A DNA stretch of 64,000 bases. Source: Rhodocyclaceae bacterium (GTDB lineage: Bacteria > Pseudomonadota > Gammaproteobacteria > Burkholderiales > Rhodocyclaceae). The position numbers and the translations under genes were made by a program. The notes below the pieces were generated by a model that did not search any database, was not told the origin of the DNA, and worked only from the letters and a program-made list of their open reading frames with translations. The stretch lies in contig JAEUNH010000128.1 in the NCBI GenBank assembly GCA_016791205.1, positions 4,594-68,593 of the forward strand, written 5' to 3'. Shown one piece after another: positions 61,649 through 64,000 of the stretch; the stretch's first letter is position 1, and the number at the start of each line of letters is the position of its first letter.

Positions 61649-62677
61649 ATGATCAAGGTTGGGATTGTCGGTGGCACCGGCTACACGGGGGTGGAATTGC
61701 TTCGTTTGCTGGCCCAGCACCCGCAAGCCGAACTGCGGGTGATTACCTCTCGGGGAGAGGCCGGCGCTGCCGTTGCAGACATGTTTCCCAGCTTGAGAGG
61801 ACGGGTCGGCCTGAGGTTTGTCGCTCCAGACGAAGCAGCCTTGGAAAGCTGCGATGCCGTCTTTTTTGCGACTCCAAATGGCGTAGCCATGGGGCAAGTT
61901 CGCTCACTTCTCGATGCAGGAGTTCGGGTGGTCGATCTGGCAGCCGATTTCAGGCTCAAGGATCCTGCCGAGTGGGAGAAATGGTATGGAATGAAACATG
62001 CCGCTCCAGAGATGATCCCTGAAGCGGTATATGGATTGCCAGAAGTCAACCGTGAACAGATTCGATCTGCCCGCCTCGTGGCCAATCCAGGTTGTTATCC
62101 GACCGCTGTTCAACTCGGCTTTCTGCCGCTGATCGAATCGGGTCTGGTGGATACGGAGCACCTGATAGCAGATGCAAAATCCGGCGTGTCGGGCGCCGGA
62201 CGCAAGGCGGAAGTACATACGCTATTTTCAGAGGCGTCAGACAATTTCAAGGCCTATGGCGTCGCAGGGCATCGCCATTTGCCAGAGATCCGCCAGGGAT
62301 TGTCCGCGGCTGCCGGCAAGCAGGTGGGATTGGTCTTCGTGCCCCATCTGACCCCGATGGTCCGCGGAATACACGCCACGCTTTATGCCCAGGTCAGGCA
62401 GGAGGCGGATTTCCAGGTTTTATTCGAAGCCCGCTACAAGGCCGAGCCGTTCGTGGATGTGATGCCTTTTGCCAGCCATCCTGATACCCGGTCGGTAAGG
62501 GCTGCCAACACATGCCGTATCGCTCTACATCGACCCCAAGGGGGAGATACCTTGGTGGTCCTATCGGTGATCGATAACCTGGTGAAGGGCGCGGCAGGGC
62601 AGGCCGTGCAGAATATGAACATCATGTTCGGATTCGACGAGTGCACCGGACTATCGCAAATTCCCGTCTTGCCATAA
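61649..62677 (+). CDS. argC: N-acetyl-gamma-glutamyl-phosphate reductase
   Basis: [34 protein letters not shown]. Confidence 0.97.
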   Translation: MIKVGIVGGTGYTGVELLRLLAQHPQAELRVITSRGEAGAAVADMFPSLRGRVGLRFVAPDEAALESCDAVFFATPNGVAMGQVRSLLDAGVRVVDLAADFRLKDPAEWEKWYGMKHAAPEMIPEAVYGLPEVNREQIRSARLVANPGCYPTAVQLGFLPLIESGLVDTEHLIADAKSGVSGAGRKAEVHTLFSEASDNFKAYGVAGHRHLPEIRQGLSAAAGKQVGLVFVPHLTPMVRGIHATLYAQVRQEADFQVLFEARYKAEPFVDVMPFASHPDTRSVRAANTCRIALHRPQGGDTLVVLSVIDNLVKGAAGQAVQNMNIMFGFDECTGLSQIPVLP

Positions 62678-62688
62678 CACTGCGCCGG

Positions 62689-63411
62689 ATGCGCAGCCGA
62701 TTCGGCATATCTGCCCCCAAGGTGGCAGTGCGTACGCACATTCCATGGTATTGGCGGGGATTGGCGACAATTGCAGTCCTGTCGATTTCAATAGCGCTTG
62801 CCGGTTGGATTTATGATGCCGGACGCAAGATTGCCGGTTTCGACAGGCGGGAAACCGAGCAGGAGATGTCTTCCCTGCGGGAACGTGTCGAGACCTTGCA
62901 ACAGGAGACGGACAAGTTAAGGGCCTTGGTCAATGCGGGGGAAAGTAACGTCCAGATTGAGCGCACGGCCCAGCAGCAACTGGTCAGCCAGGTGAAGACG
63001 CTAGAGCAAGAGAATGGCCGCCTCAAGGAAGATCTAGCCTTCTTCGAAAACCTGGCAGCAGCCGAAGGCAAGGAAGCCGGGTTTACCATCAATCGCCTGC
63101 GCGTCGAGCCAAACGGCACACCCGGACAGTATCGTTTTCGTTTGCTGGCGGCCGCGCAAGGGGGCAAGAAGGATCGCGAGTTTCGTGGCAGCGTCCAATT
63201 GGTCGTCAGCCTGCAGCAGCAGGGCAAAGGTGTTATGATGGTTTTGCCAGAGCAGAACGATCCCGCCAAGCAGCGTTTCAATATAAATTTCAAACACTTT
63301 CAGCGCTTCGACGGAACGTTTCTGGTGCCGGGAGAGGCTCGTGTCACCAGCGTAGAAGCTCGCTTGATTCAGGATGGCGTAACGCGCGCTTCGCAAACGG
63401 TAACGCTATAA
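62689..63411 (+). CDS. Conserved membrane-anchored coiled-coil protein (DUF6776-like)
   Basis: TM, coiled coil, LKEDLAFFE, FKHFQR; precedes bactofilin; start uncertain. Confidence 0.75.
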   Translation: MRSRFGISAPKVAVRTHIPWYWRGLATIAVLSISIALAGWIYDAGRKIAGFDRRETEQEMSSLRERVETLQQETDKLRALVNAGESNVQIERTAQQQLVSQVKTLEQENGRLKEDLAFFENLAAAEGKEAGFTINRLRVEPNGTPGQYRFRLLAAAQGGKKDREFRGSVQLVVSLQQQGKGVMMVLPEQNDPAKQRFNINFKHFQRFDGTFLVPGEARVTSVEARLIQDGVTRASQTVTL

Positions 63412-63422
63412 GGAGGAATGCC

Positions 63423-63833
63423 ATGTTTTTGAAAAAAAACGATAAATCGAATAAACCACAAAGCCGGATCGACAGCCTGATCGGTGCCGGTACCAAGATA
63501 GAAGGAGATGTGACTTTTGTCGGTGGTTTGAGAGTCGATGGCGAAGTTAAGGGGAATGTGAGATCGACAGGCGATGGCGGAGGTACCTTGGTGCTCAGCG
63601 AACATGCTCGCATCGAGGGTGAAATTCATGTGTCCCACCTGGTAATCAACGGCACCATCATCGGACCAGTTTATTCGAGCGAATTCCTTGAACTTCAGCC
63701 TCGGGCCCGCGTCACAGGAGACGTCCAGTACAACAGCCTGGAGATGCATCTGGGGGCAATCGTCCAAGGTCGCTTGGTGCATCAAGGGGGGACCGGCAAA
63801 GCAGTCGAACTCAAGCTGGCTTCCAGCAATTGA
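63423..63833 (+). CDS. Bactofilin (polymer-forming cytoskeletal protein)
   Basis: SLIGAGTKIEGDV.F.GGLRVDG beta-helix repeats. Confidence 0.92.
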   Translation: MFLKKNDKSNKPQSRIDSLIGAGTKIEGDVTFVGGLRVDGEVKGNVRSTGDGGGTLVLSEHARIEGEIHVSHLVINGTIIGPVYSSEFLELQPRARVTGDVQYNSLEMHLGAIVQGRLVHQGGTGKAVELKLASSN

Positions 63834-63858
63834 CGGAAATTCGGATAAGCAATATATT
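63830..63858 (+). promoter_or_regulatory. Sigma70-type promoter of erpA
   Basis: TTGACG-17 bp-TATATT. Confidence 0.6.
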
Positions 63859-63890
63859 GTTTAAGTATTAACCAGTTTCAGGAGCACACC

Positions 63891-64000
63891 ATGAATGCTG
63901 TCACCGACATCTCGCCTCTCAACTTTACCGACAATGCCGCCAACAAGGTGCGTGAGCTGATCGAGGAAGAAGGCAACGCAGAACTCAAGCTGCGCGTATT
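63891..64000 (+). CDS. erpA: Fe-S cluster insertion protein ErpA, 3'-truncated by the window edge
   Basis: RBS AGGAG; [36 protein letters not shown]. Confidence 0.9.
   Translation, partial: MNAVTDISPLNFTDNAANKVRELIEEEGNAELKLRV

Overview
64 kb of core chromosome from a GC-rich betaproteobacterium (gene content and order suggest Rhodocyclales/Nitrosomonadales; inference). Housekeeping blocks: glyA-nrdR-ribD, ctpA-envC-gpmA, arsR-rhodanese-grxC-secB-gpsA, bioB-bioC, cyt c4/engB/hemB, slmA-argB, aspS, ffh, proS-rppH, rplM-rpsI-argC-erpA. It also carries a complete, rearranged MSHA-like type IV pilus locus (14.8-31.1 kb), a second type IV pilus block (pilBCD), an ECF sigma/anti-sigma module with an msrP/msrQ deletion scar, and a secreted RNase/barstar pair. 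I saw no tRNA, rRNA, CRISPR array, transposase or prophage. The main unexplained signal is a non-palindromic 25-bp motif, consensus CGCCGTSYYRCVSAGACYGACTTTT, found 9 times. The copies are mostly 5-10 kb apart, lie inside unrelated genes in several reading frames and on both strands, and force AT-rich codons, which points to a DNA-level, possibly chromosome-wide signal of unknown function. Three candidate small RNAs with C/U-rich anti-Shine-Dalgarno-like loops are also present, behind sigmaE-like, sigma32-like (as a 3' UTR) and sigma70-like promoters. Start codons were re-picked by eye from the ORF track; product calls come from motif recognition, not database searches.
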